A DNA stretch of 56,216 nucleotides. It comes from Candidatus Poseidoniales archaeon (GTDB taxonomy: Archaea; Thermoplasmatota; Poseidoniia; Poseidoniales; Poseidoniaceae). Each line of letters begins with the position of its first letter. The stretch's first letter is position 1. The stretch covers positions 1-56,216 of the forward strand of contig JAPOGE010000001.1 of NCBI GenBank assembly GCA_028283345.1. The letters run 5' to 3'. This document shows positions 26,201 through 36,077 of this stretch, in pieces. A model generated the notes under the pieces. That model was not told the DNA's origin and did no database searches. It saw only the letters and a program-made list of their open reading frames with translations. Made by a program: the position numbers and the translations under genes.

Positions 26201-29200
26201 CTAAAGTGGTCTAACGCCCAGTGGTTCACCTTGGGGACCACATAATCTGATGCCACTGTAATAATACGGGCAGGTACGACAGATCTCACCCTGCTCCTTT
26301 GGCAGTCGCTCGGGCTCATCATGGGGGTTGAGTTTCATCTCGACCATCCGTTCAAGTAATTGTGAGAAATCGAGTTTGGCCTGCGTCAGTTCGGCTTCGC
26401 TCATCACCACCATTCGCCCGCTGGCTGAAACTTGAATCGCCGGCGGCAACACATTGCGGCGCTCTTTCTGTGGCAGTCTGAACTGCGACCTTTCCAATAC
26501 CATGGTGTAGAGTGCCAATTGCAGACGGTGTTTGTCGAGCAGGTCCTGTTCGTGATCGCTCTGCGCCGCAGTCGAGAATGGGTCGGCGACAGGGTGTTGC
26601 AGTTCGTGGCCGTTGGCCGGGTCGGTTTCATCAAAGGGTTGGCCACAACCTTCGGTCTTCAGGTCGACCACCTGCAAGGTCGGCCCGCCATCACCATCAA
26701 CGGCCAGGGCCAGGTCGATTCGGCCATCGAATGTAACTTGGATTTCACCGATCTCAGCTAATTCCACCTCACCACCGACCGACCACCTTGTGATACTGCG
26801 GCCATCGGCTCCAACTGCAACGGTCAGATGGAAGGGTAGTTCGGTGCGTAATCCGACCACTTTCTGACCATCGAACTCCTCGCCGGAGCATAATTTACCC
26901 AACCGACCATCCTCCTGAATCTGTGCCAATACCGCGAGGCGTTGGCCGGTGCCTGCCCGGTCAGCAGAGGCGGGGAGTAATTCATCGAGCACCTGTTCGA
27001 TGACCGCCGGCTCAAGCAGTCTACTGGCTTGGGCTTGCAACCACTGGTCATCAAGACCCGATAGTTTTCCACCCTCGGCAGGATTGCCGATTCCGACCTC
27101 GACCAGACGGTGGAATAGCGAACCGAGGGTTGCGGCGTCGGGTAGTCCAGCCACACCAGCTATGGCACCAACCGCACCAACCGCACCAGCGATGACGCCC
27201 GCCGCATCAGCCGCTCCGGCTACACCAGCACCAGCACCAACACCAGCCACACCAGCACCAGCCTTGCCAACTCCACTGGATGTGGTGGCAGTGGCGGTGG
27301 CGGTTGCACCGGCCGCATCCTTGCCACCGTTGACTTCAGGCTGACCGAGCACCATCGGCTCACTCGACCAGCCGCGCACATCTCCCAACCACAGGCGACG
27401 ATTACAGGCAAAACTCAGGTCGAGGCGGTGCGGCGCGAGTGATAGTTTGAGGGAGCGTGGGGTCGGGCGTTTCTCCAATCCGACACTATTACCTTTTGCA
27501 CCAGCAGCGTTTTTCAGATGCTCAGCCATCGCCTTTCTGACCGATAGACGGCTTTCGAGTGAGGTGAAGGAACGGGGGTCATGAATAATCGTCAGATGTT
27601 TCAGGGGTGCCTTACCGAGATGAGGATCATCATAGAGTTCGATGGCATTGAGTGCCAACTTCCACGAGTCGGTGGCAATGGCCAAATCTTCACCTACCTG
27701 GTCATTCGCCATCCGCCAAGGCGACTCTTCGTCATCATCTTCGTGGGCCGAATATCGCAGAGCATCGAGCCACATCTCACCCATGCTCGGCAGGCGTGAA
27801 ACCGGTCGCTTGAGATGTAAGGTGCCATCGGCGGAACACGAGGAAGCAGCCGGTGCGCCGACCATTATCAGATGGTTCTCAACTCGGGTCAATGCGACAT
27901 AAAACAGGCGCCGACGCTCGGCCGCAGTCTGGGCATCGAGCAGGGCTTTGGCCAATTCCCAGGTACCGGAAAGCGGTGCTGGGACATGGCGCCAGGGCCG
28001 GGCATTGACGGCGAGCAGTTCGGGGGTGACGACCACACTGGACTGCTTTTCTATCGCCGAGGAATAATGACCCTCGTGGAAAAGTCCGGCCAGAACCACC
28101 ACCTTTGCCTCCAGCCCCTTGGCCGAATGAATCGTCATCACCCGCACCGCACCGGTCGGGGGAATCGCCATGCTCTCCAGCGCCCCCTCCTTCTGGTCGG
28201 CCAAGATTGAAACCGCATCGGCCAATAATTCAACATCACCACCGGCCTGCTGACGTAATTCCTCGAGCAGTTGGATGAACTGCTCACCATCCTGTAGTGA
28301 ATCCAAACCCGGGTGGACGAGTAGAATATCACCGGATTCAAGCGCGGTGGTCAGTGCGGTGATGATTTGGCCGCGGTTGGCCAACTGCTGTAGGCGCGCC
28401 AACAATCGGCGTTGCGGTTTTGTTGGGGCAATCTGCACCAAGCGCATCAACAGGTTGGCATTGGGCTTGACGCCTTTGCCATTGAACAATAATTCCAATT
28501 GTGAATCGCTCATTCCGACCAGACTGCCGCGGGCGAAAGCCGCGGCGTGATGGCGGTCGTGTGGTCGGGCGAGTATCTGCAGAAGATGATTCAATTCCCG
28601 CACCACCGGGCGCATGAACAGGGCACCCTGGCGGTCGGCCTGTGCCGGCACCCCCCAGGCCTGCAGGCGGCGCAGTAAATCAGTGACGTGCTTGCGGCGG
28701 GGCAGGAGAATCAGGATGTCCTCGGGCTTGACCGCGGGCACACCCGGGATTTCTCGCCATACCGCATCGCTACCCTCGCCGACCCCGCGCAATCGCAATG
28801 ACAGGCCATTGACCAGAGCGTGTAGGCGGGCGGCAATCATCTCATTTTCTCGCTCATGCGGCTTGGCTCGCTCGCCGATGGTGAAGGGGTCGAGATACTG
28901 GTCGAGGTCAGTACTGGCATCGCCTTCGCCGAATGGCACGGTGGCCAGCCATTCGATTTGGCCTACTCGTGGCTCTTCGCCGTCCTTGAGTATTGGTGGA
29001 TTGAGTGGCTGAGAGCGGGCGTGCCAAGTTCCCGGCAACAGGTCATGGCACGGGGCGAAGACATCGATGAACCAGTTATTCAGCGTCGCCAAGACATTTG
29101 GCGCGGTACGGAAATTTGTCGTCAGGTCGATATGGCCAAGGGCTCGTTCCCGCTTGATTTCGTCGGACAGAACCGTGTGCTCATCATCGCCGATATCGAT

Positions 29201-31297
29201 GCGAATCCATTCATCATCACTACCCTTCACCCCACCGCGTAATTCCGTCGCGGCGACGAATGTAGCACTCTCGCCACCACCCCCAGCCACCGGGCGTGGG
29301 TCGCGCATCTTGTCGGTGCGACGATAGCCAGCCAGACGGGTCTCGACATCATCCTCACGTTGATTGGCCTCTTTGATGGTGACGATGGCCCGCTCCATCA
29401 CCGTCACCTGTGCCTGGCGGAAGCGGTAGATGCTCTGTTTCACATCCCCCACCAGACAGATGGTCGGATCCCAAGGCCCTTTGGGGGCCTCCGGTTCCCC
29501 GGATTCGAGTTTACGCCTCCCCCACAACCGTGACAGCAGGCGGAATTGTTGCGGGTTGGTATCCTGATATTCATCGATGATGAAAGCCCGATAGCGTCGT
29601 CTCAGACGGGCGAGATGGTCGTAACGGCGTTCCAGGTCCTGGGTTGCCAATTCTCCGTCTTTTCCGGATGGGGCCAGATTCAGCGCCCGCAGGATGTGCT
29701 CATCCAACCATGGCCTGTCACCGAGATCATCCAGTTCATTCACCATCACCGTGGGATACCAATTTCGACATACGTCGGGACAGCGAGCCAACAATAGATC
29801 CTCGGCATATCTCTGCATATCACTGTGGTCGTAAACCCCTTCGCTCAGTTTGATGTGATTGAGAATCGACAGGACTCCGCGTTGGAGGGTGAATAGGTCA
29901 CCGAGCACCGCCGCCTGCAATTGTGAAGGCATTCGGGTATGGTCATCATCCATATGGCGCGGTAGAGGATTATCGAGGTCGGTGGGAAGATTTGCCCCGT
30001 GGTCCGGCAGGGAGACCAGGGGCAGTGTCGGGTGGAGCAGGAAGGCCATTTGCCCGAATTGGCGGGCGGCTCGTCCGGTGGTGGTAGCCAATAGGGCGCG
30101 GAACACCTGAGCCGCTGACTCGGCCGCATCTCTGGCGGATTGACGGTCGGCTTCTGCCACCGCCCCCCACGGTTTCAGCCCACTCAGCCAGCCACCTTGG
30201 CCGGTTCCGGTCGGCAATAGTGCATTTGGCAGGGCTTTGGGAACCGCTTTGTCATACTGGGTTTTGGACATAGAAGCCCACGAAACGTGGTGAATCCACT
30301 GGAGTTTCTCCCACTCATCCTCGGGAAGGTCTTCGGCTGCCATGGTGTTGAGATGGGTGATTCGGTTATCGTCACCAAGACTTTCATCCATTCCCAATTT
30401 CACCGATTGTGCTCGCAGAGCCTCCAACCAATCTTTCAGCGCCACTTGCAATTGTTCGGCAAATTCACTCAGGTCGCCGGCAATCCCCAACAACAAATCG
30501 CAGATTGCCTGCAGGGAGATTTCGTGGCTTGGTCCACCCGAGGCGGTACGCAATTGCCGCTCGGCCTCTTCGACGAATAGTGGCTGTTTGAGCAGAGCCA
30601 TCAGCATTCGCTCAGCCGCCCCGCGCCCGCCCAACAACCAGGCCAATCGATTGCGGGCCGACATGAATGCGGCCGGGTCCATCCCAATTCCCGCCAACGA
30701 GGCATGACCCTCATTCTGTAGGCGCCAGGCGGTGTTGATGGCACGGGCGAGCAGAACCGGACGTTGGGCATCGCTGACCAATTCACTCGAAGGGTCATCG
30801 CTGACCGTGGCGAGATGGGGTGAGACCAAGCCCGAAAGAAAACTGTCTATGGTGCCGATCGGCGCATCTTCGAGCAGGCTCTTCAACTGCTCGATATCAC
30901 CGGCTTTTCGCAGTCGCACATCGACGGTCGCATCTGGGGCATTAGGGTCGGGTGCTGAGCGCAGGTTGGAGAGTCGGTCGCGGATTCTCTGCCGCAGTTC
31001 ATCGGCGGCCTTGTTGGTGAAGGTTATCGCCACCACCTCAGAGGGAAGGAGAGCATGCCATTCCTCCATATCGCTGAGTTCAATCGCCGGTGCCCGAATC
31101 GCGCCCCGCCCCCGCAGTGGTACCCGCGGACCCTTCGGCAGTAATTCGGTCGCCCGTTGCCGGGCCTCGAGCAGGTGCTCGACATAGCGCATCGACATCA
31201 CCGTGGTCTTGCCGGTACCGGCACCGGCATCGACGGCCAGATGACGGTCGAGGTCGAGGCCTAAGACCTGACTGCGATTTGGCTTCAAAGCCATCAC
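26201..31297 (-). CDS. AddA/UvrD-like SF1 helicase fused to a C-terminal RecB-type (PD-(D/E)XK) nuclease; 1698 aa
   Basis: Helicase motifs DAGAGTGKT, ITFTNKAADEL, IIDEYQDTNPQQ, LVGDVKQSIYRFRQA, TTNFRT, VMTIHSAKGLEAKVVV and LFYVALTRVENHL. Nuclease motifs GRIDLALAV, VVDLKTEG and LQLALY, flanked by Cys residues (FACNRRLW ... CRTCPYYYSGIRLC). The start is the GTG at 31297 or the ATG at 31294, overlapping the upstream stop. Confidence 0.88.
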   Translation of the reverse strand: MMALKPNRSQVLGLDLDRHLAVDAGAGTGKTTVMSMRYVEHLLEARQRATELLPKGPRVPLRGRGAIRAPAIELSDMEEWHALLPSEVVAITFTNKAADELRQRIRDRLSNLRSAPDPNAPDATVDVRLRKAGDIEQLKSLLEDAPIGTIDSFLSGLVSPHLATVSDDPSSELVSDAQRPVLLARAINTAWRLQNEGHASLAGIGMDPAAFMSARNRLAWLLGGRGAAERMLMALLKQPLFVEEAERQLRTASGGPSHEISLQAICDLLLGIAGDLSEFAEQLQVALKDWLEALRAQSVKLGMDESLGDDNRITHLNTMAAEDLPEDEWEKLQWIHHVSWASMSKTQYDKAVPKALPNALLPTGTGQGGWLSGLKPWGAVAEADRQSARDAAESAAQVFRALLATTTGRAARQFGQMAFLLHPTLPLVSLPDHGANLPTDLDNPLPRHMDDDHTRMPSQLQAAVLGDLFTLQRGVLSILNHIKLSEGVYDHSDMQRYAEDLLLARCPDVCRNWYPTVMVNELDDLGDRPWLDEHILRALNLAPSGKDGELATQDLERRYDHLARLRRRYRAFIIDEYQDTNPQQFRLLSRLWGRRKLESGEPEAPKGPWDPTICLVGDVKQSIYRFRQAQVTVMERAIVTIKEANQREDDVETRLAGYRRTDKMRDPRPVAGGGGESATFVAATELRGGVKGSDDEWIRIDIGDDEHTVLSDEIKRERALGHIDLTTNFRTAPNVLATLNNWFIDVFAPCHDLLPGTWHARSQPLNPPILKDGEEPRVGQIEWLATVPFGEGDASTDLDQYLDPFTIGERAKPHERENEMIAARLHALVNGLSLRLRGVGEGSDAVWREIPGVPAVKPEDILILLPRRKHVTDLLRRLQAWGVPAQADRQGALFMRPVVRELNHLLQILARPHDRHHAAAFARGSLVGMSDSQLELLFNGKGVKPNANLLMRLVQIAPTKPQRRLLARLQQLANRGQIITALTTALESGDILLVHPGLDSLQDGEQFIQLLEELRQQAGGDVELLADAVSILADQKEGALESMAIPPTGAVRVMTIHSAKGLEAKVVVLAGLFHEGHYSSAIEKQSSVVVTPELLAVNARPWRHVPAPLSGTWELAKALLDAQTAAERRRLFYVALTRVENHLIMVGAPAASSCSADGTLHLKRPVSRLPSMGEMWLDALRYSAHEDDDEESPWRMANDQVGEDLAIATDSWKLALNAIELYDDPHLGKAPLKHLTIIHDPRSFTSLESRLSVRKAMAEHLKNAAGAKGNSVGLEKRPTPRSLKLSLAPHRLDLSFACNRRLWLGDVRGWSSEPMVLGQPEVNGGKDAAGATATATATTSSGVGKAGAGVAGVGAGAGVAGAADAAGVIAGAVGAVGAIAGVAGLPDAATLGSLFHRLVEVGIGNPAEGGKLSGLDDQWLQAQASRLLEPAVIEQVLDELLPASADRAGTGQRLAVLAQIQEDGRLGKLCSGEEFDGQKVVGLRTELPFHLTVAVGADGRSITRWSVGGEVELAEIGEIQVTFDGRIDLALAVDGDGGPTLQVVDLKTEGCGQPFDETDPANGHELQHPVADPFSTAAQSDHEQDLLDKHRLQLALYTMVLERSQFRLPQKERRNVLPPAIQVSASGRMVVMSEAELTQAKLDFSQLLERMVEMKLNPHDEPERLPKEQGEICRTCPYYYSGIRLCGPQGEPLGVRPL

Positions 31298-34200
31298 TTA
31301 TCACCTCCCAGTAATTCTCTGAGGCCACAGATAGTGCTGACATTGCAGTATTTACACGAATCCTCGGACGGGGTCGGTCGGCACTCTCCCTGCTCAGCGG
31401 CTCTGGCGACCTTTACCGCCACTGATAGCCGTTGGCGCATCCAGGCGCGGAACGGATTGCTTTTCGGCTCCGAACCTTCACCGGGTCGACGAAACAACAA
31501 GTCGGAAAAGAAGGTCATCTCACCGAGGCCATCGGTATTCACAAGACCACTTGCCGAGGCATCGAATTCGATATAGTGAGTAACCGTCTCACCGGCTTCG
31601 GTGATACCGATTCCGACCACTCGATCACCGGGATTCATCAATTCCCAGGCGCGGGCATAGAGGGCTAATTGCACCTCTTCATACAGTGATTTGCGGTGGC
31701 GTTTACCGCGGTCATCCGAGTCAGGTCCCTTGACCGTCTTCAAATCGCGAATCACCACATAGCGCTGGGCATTCCATTCCGTATCCATATCCAAATCAAG
31801 CGGGCAGACCTCTTCCTCACCATCCTTGTCGACCCAGCCCACGCCGGCATTATTCCACAATATCTCGACTCGGTCTATTCGTCCCCTGACCTTCAGTGAG
31901 CCGATTTCGGTCGCCGCCGCAGCACCATCGGCACCAGCCGCACCGTCCTTGGCCACCACCCCCTCGGTAGTTTTCGCACCAACCTGGCCAACCTTAGCCA
32001 AAATCGGCGGTAACATCGCCGAGCCCCCGGCTTCGGTCGCGGCTTCGGCCGCGGTTTCGGTCGCTACATCTGCCGCGGCCTCGCTAGCACTAGCAGACCT
32101 GTCCGACTCGGCTGCCTTGGCCACCAATTCCTCTTTGGCGGCTTTGGTGGCTTTGGCCGCGGCCTTGACCGCGGCCTTGTCATCGGGCGAAAACGGGACT
32201 GAAATCGTCACGTGGTCGTCATCGCCCTGCTCAAGCGGTGCCTCGAGGGCGATGATACAGGATTCGTTCAACCGCAGTTCGGCCGCAAGCAATCGCCCGA
32301 TCGAGCCATCGAGTTCCATCTTACGCGGTCTGCTGATGAAGGACTCGACCTCGGCTCGGCTCATCGCCAATAAATCGTGGCGGCGCTGGGCCGCGACCGC
32401 ATCACCTCGCCCCAACCATTGGGCTAAGCCGAGAACGATGCCGACTAGGTCGGACATCAGGGCTTTCTTGTCGGTGCCGCTCTTGGCAAGATTGGTTTTC
32501 TTAGGATTACTCGGCAAGTCTCGCACTTCGCCGACGGGAAAACCCAATTTCTCACAGATGAGATGCGCCAGGCTGTCGTGATAGAGTGTGCCGCGGGTAC
32601 GGGCATCGAGGTCTTCTCGAAGTTGCTCATCGACGGTAGCCCGCAGATGTCGCTCCAACCAACCCTTTCTCGGGCATTCCAACCAGGTGTTCAACCGGCT
32701 TGCCGACCATATCTGCGGCTTCAGTTTCATGTCACCATCATGACCGTGCCGCTGGTCGTAATTCGGCAGTTTCAGCGGTTTCGGATTCAGCGGGCGCGGG
32801 TCGGTGCCGGGGATGATGGTGCGAGGACCCGGGCGGCCGGTCAAAGCCGGCCATCTGTCGGCCGCTCGTAACTTCATTCGCTTAACCGGCCACTTCTTTC
32901 CCGGGTCCAATTTCTGTCGCTCCAGCGTCACCAATTGCTGATGCGCCGCAGAATCAACCCACAAATCATGCAGATCGGGGGTCTGTGGTTCGCGTGAATA
33001 TCTCTCGTGCATCATCTGCTCTTCCCACCCGAGTGCCAGCGCAGGAGCCGACAACGGCGAGGAATCCACCTTACGACCCTCGGCCAACGCCAACCCGGTA
33101 TTCTGCCGGTGATGCCGCACCCTCGTGCCATTGATGTCACAGCGCACCCCGTCAGCGGTGATGGTGACCGCGGCCGGCCTTGGTGTCAGATGGGAACTCC
33201 GGGCATTATCATCCTCTACCATATCCCAGCACCGGGCATGGTCGCCATCATCCCAATCATCGGGCGAGAGGAAAATCGGTGGTTCAGCCATAGATGACCT
33301 TTCATCGATTGTCAGATTGGCCAGCCATTCGGCCAACGGCGCACTGGGTTGATTATCCGGGTCACTGGAGGGGTCGAGCACGACCACCGTCCTACCCGCA
33401 TTGAGCAGGTGACGCAGGAAGTGACGGGCATCGCAAAGCGGCGCATCCGGGCGCAGGATACCCAATTCCAACTTGGCCTCGGCATCTAGCCAGGGCACTT
33501 TGACACAACCCATCGACCACTCCTTGGCAGAGAGCCCGCAGATGATGACCAAGTCGGCCTTACAGCCCAGACCGGCACCGGGAGTAAGCAACTCGACCTG
33601 AGATTCACTGCGCTTTTCGGGGATTGAAGACTCGGCTACCATCATCGCCAGTTCCTCGACCCACCCGGGGCCATTCACCTGACCCTGATAGCCGGCGGCG
33701 GCGAGCATCTCGCCCCCGCGGCGTGATAATTCCATCAGCCTCTGTAATCCAGCAACGCTTCCACCACTGCCACCACCATCGACCAGACTCTCCCACTCGA
33801 TGATACCCATCAGCGATGATAGCCAAGCCTCGCCATCGTCCAGACCAGAAGAAGATTCGACCAGGGGTAAGGTTCTCTGGCTCACCGCGCCCTTCATAAG
33901 GCCAAATTCATCGAGTGCCTGTAGGTCTTCTTCCCCGAGCAGGGGACGGATGAATTCAGCGAGATTTCGTACCCACCACTGGGTCTCCTCCAGGGCGATG
34001 AGAAGTTTTTCAGCACCGACCATCAACGGGTCGGGGCGCCAGGTATCCAAAGCGTGTAACCAGCGCCCCAAGGCTCCGCCACCACCGAGGATATGGAAGG
34101 AACGGGCGATATCCTCAAGGATGCGGGCATGGCCACGGGAACTGAACTTGGTCTTGCCAGCCACACCGGCTGCACCTCCAGCAGCCCCACCGCCAGCCGC

Positions 34201-35583
34201 ACCACCAACGGTACCAGCCACACCGGGATGCTCTCCACCGGCCAACCAATCGGGCACGAAGGGCAGGGTCTTCTGCACCGCCAAAGCGCGCAGTGACTGC
34301 ATCGACCAGGCCTCTTGACCGTGTGCGAGTTTTGCCAATGCCATGACCCAATGAATCGCCGGATTGGCCAACAGGGGTTGTGCCGGGGCCGATAGCGAAT
34401 GCGCCCGCTCAGCCAGGGCCTCGACCCAATTCGAGTGCCGAGACGCCAGTCCGGCATCGGCGATGATTACCGAATTACCTCCCGATGCCACAGCCAGACC
34501 GGCACCAGTCGTACCGGCCGCATCAGCAGCCGCAGCCGCATGCGCCTCAAAGGAGTCCAGAAGTGCGAGTGCGGCATCGAAATCATGCCCGGCACGTCCG
34601 AGGTTGACCCGGTGCACCGACGATTTCCCATAAGCCCCATCCTCCATGTGCCACGGCATCTGTTCAGGGGCGCGCCATGGTCGGCGGCGTGCGGGCCCTA
34701 CGGTTTCCCCGGTTTCCCCGGCTTGACCGACAAGGTCTGCGAATACCTCCGGCAGGGAATCGACACTGTTGCAGACCTCGATATCGAACAACCAGGCACC
34801 GTGCTCACCCAAGCGGAACTTGCCGCCGTGTCCGATTTGATGCAAGGGGACGAAGCGTGCCAAAGCGATGAGGAATTGCCGCCGCAACCACGACAGTGAA
34901 GGCGGCAGATCGAGAACGACGATGCCGTCGATATTGCCTAGGGTGAACGGGGTCTGGTCGGCATCGGCCCAGCGATTCAACTCGGCGACCACGTGGGAGA
35001 GACGACGATCGGGATGGAGCCGCTCGACCTCATCTTCGAGGTTTCCCAAAACCTTGGAGAACTCGACCACCCCAGGGTCACCATCCCATGAATAATCGGG
35101 ATTCTCCTCGGCCAGGGCCGAATGCAATTGCGATAATCTCTCGCTCTTTGAGTGTGGCCAGACGCGGTCGGCGATGGGATGTATCACCGGGAAGGCGAAC
35201 TCGGCCGCCGCCTTTTGACAGGCGGCGTGTACCAATAGGCTGGTAGTGCCATCATCAGACAACATTCTCGGCAGTCTCAGGTCGACATGGATGGCCTCGA
35301 TCAAACGGTCGATGGTCGCCAACAGCGACGGGTCGATCCCGGCAGGTTGCGCCCGGCCAATCTCGGTGACACTCTGTCTTCGGGCAGCATCGGTGGCATG
35401 GATGACCAGCAGGCGGGGTTTTCCTGCGCCTGAACCTTCTTGGGTGGTCTGGGTGGTCTGGGTAAAGTGGTCGAACAACCATTGCGGCAGGCCTATCCCT
35501 GCGGGAATGTGTTCCATGGAAATAGCCGACTCAGAGGGAGGAATGTCCTCATCATTCGTTGCCGCTATCGCCACCTGCACCAC
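31294..35583 (-). CDS. AddB-like partner subunit with a C-terminal Cas4/AddB-type 4-Cys PD-(D/E)XK nuclease; 1429 aa
   Basis: No Walker A seen. The C-terminus has SASRLNTWLECPRKGWLERHL, GTLYH, GRIDRVE, VIRDLKT, QLALYARA and CKYCNVSTIC (C...C-x2-C-x5-C). Long Ala/Gly/Glu-rich insertions are present. Confidence 0.78.
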   Translation of the reverse strand: MVQVAIAATNDEDIPPSESAISMEHIPAGIGLPQWLFDHFTQTTQTTQEGSGAGKPRLLVIHATDAARRQSVTEIGRAQPAGIDPSLLATIDRLIEAIHVDLRLPRMLSDDGTTSLLVHAACQKAAAEFAFPVIHPIADRVWPHSKSERLSQLHSALAEENPDYSWDGDPGVVEFSKVLGNLEDEVERLHPDRRLSHVVAELNRWADADQTPFTLGNIDGIVVLDLPPSLSWLRRQFLIALARFVPLHQIGHGGKFRLGEHGAWLFDIEVCNSVDSLPEVFADLVGQAGETGETVGPARRRPWRAPEQMPWHMEDGAYGKSSVHRVNLGRAGHDFDAALALLDSFEAHAAAAADAAGTTGAGLAVASGGNSVIIADAGLASRHSNWVEALAERAHSLSAPAQPLLANPAIHWVMALAKLAHGQEAWSMQSLRALAVQKTLPFVPDWLAGGEHPGVAGTVGGAAGGGAAGGAAGVAGKTKFSSRGHARILEDIARSFHILGGGGALGRWLHALDTWRPDPLMVGAEKLLIALEETQWWVRNLAEFIRPLLGEEDLQALDEFGLMKGAVSQRTLPLVESSSGLDDGEAWLSSLMGIIEWESLVDGGGSGGSVAGLQRLMELSRRGGEMLAAAGYQGQVNGPGWVEELAMMVAESSIPEKRSESQVELLTPGAGLGCKADLVIICGLSAKEWSMGCVKVPWLDAEAKLELGILRPDAPLCDARHFLRHLLNAGRTVVVLDPSSDPDNQPSAPLAEWLANLTIDERSSMAEPPIFLSPDDWDDGDHARCWDMVEDDNARSSHLTPRPAAVTITADGVRCDINGTRVRHHRQNTGLALAEGRKVDSSPLSAPALALGWEEQMMHERYSREPQTPDLHDLWVDSAAHQQLVTLERQKLDPGKKWPVKRMKLRAADRWPALTGRPGPRTIIPGTDPRPLNPKPLKLPNYDQRHGHDGDMKLKPQIWSASRLNTWLECPRKGWLERHLRATVDEQLREDLDARTRGTLYHDSLAHLICEKLGFPVGEVRDLPSNPKKTNLAKSGTDKKALMSDLVGIVLGLAQWLGRGDAVAAQRRHDLLAMSRAEVESFISRPRKMELDGSIGRLLAAELRLNESCIIALEAPLEQGDDDHVTISVPFSPDDKAAVKAAAKATKAAKEELVAKAAESDRSASASEAAADVATETAAEAATEAGGSAMLPPILAKVGQVGAKTTEGVVAKDGAAGADGAAAATEIGSLKVRGRIDRVEILWNNAGVGWVDKDGEEEVCPLDLDMDTEWNAQRYVVIRDLKTVKGPDSDDRGKRHRKSLYEEVQLALYARAWELMNPGDRVVGIGITEAGETVTHYIEFDASASGLVNTDGLGEMTFFSDLLFRRPGEGSEPKSNPFRAWMRQRLSVAVKVARAAEQGECRPTPSEDSCKYCNVSTICGLRELLGGDK

Positions 35584-35849
35584 CGAGGTTTCCCCTTTGA
35601 CGGCAGGGGTACTTCAACCCTTCACCACGGGAGGGGGAAGAAATGCGATTGCCCACTTTTTCACCCCGGGGAGAAATTCGCAGGGTAGGTCGCACCCGGA
35701 CATTGTTTCTCCTTCGGCACTGGAGAAATTTTCTCGCCACTGTAATACTCCGCATAGGATTACCCGCCCATTTCCCGGTCGAAAGTCTGCGTGGATGACC
35801 ACCCGGGCGCCCTAGAAGGCCAGCAAGTGAATACTGGCTTGGGTGAATA

Positions 35850-35882
35850 CATGAACAGTTCATGTTTGTATTTTTATTATAC
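35850..35882. promoter_or_regulatory. Perfect 15-bp palindrome (CATGAACAGTTCATG, 35850-35864) abutting a strong TATA-like tract (tttgtatttttattata, 35865-35881)
   Basis: Direct reading. It lies in the middle of a 494-bp non-coding gap, about 195 nt from the nearest plus-strand start and about 265 nt from the nearest minus-strand start. Confidence 0.3.
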
Positions 35883-36077
35883 GCCCCGCCATGGTAGCGT
35901 CGCCTTGATAAGGGGCGGAAGTCACTATTGAAAAGCCGGAAGGCGACAGGAAGAGATAACTGAAGGTAATAACTACGACTGATACTAGGCAAATGATTAC
36001 AATTGCAACTTTTTTTCCATCATTTGCTCACCCACATATCTCAGCCAGATATTCCGTCGCCCGGTGGAGCCGTTACC

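Noticed and set aside
31826-32581. 251-aa Ala/Ser-rich plus-strand ORF inside the AddB-like gene.
   Set aside because: It lies antisense to the Ala/Glu-rich insertion of the long minus-strand ORF, has low complexity and has no start context.
35770-35960. Short strings reminiscent of RNase P RNA CR-I/CR-V (GGTCGAAAGTC, ACTGGCTTG) and of SRP RNA helix 8 (CCGGAAGGCGACAGG).
   Set aside because: The RNase P-like strings are only about 60 nt apart, whereas roughly 250 nt is needed, and they are imperfect. The SRP-like string lacks the flanking conserved GNAR-loop helix context. I could not build either secondary structure by eye.
35552-35992. 146-aa minus-strand ORF covering most of the 494-bp intergenic gap.
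   Set aside because: It overlaps the AddB-like start in another frame. The product is Arg/Gly/Pro/Ser-rich with no hydrophobic core or motif, and it spans the palindrome+TATA element. I treat the region as non-coding, but flag it as a finding in case this is wrong.
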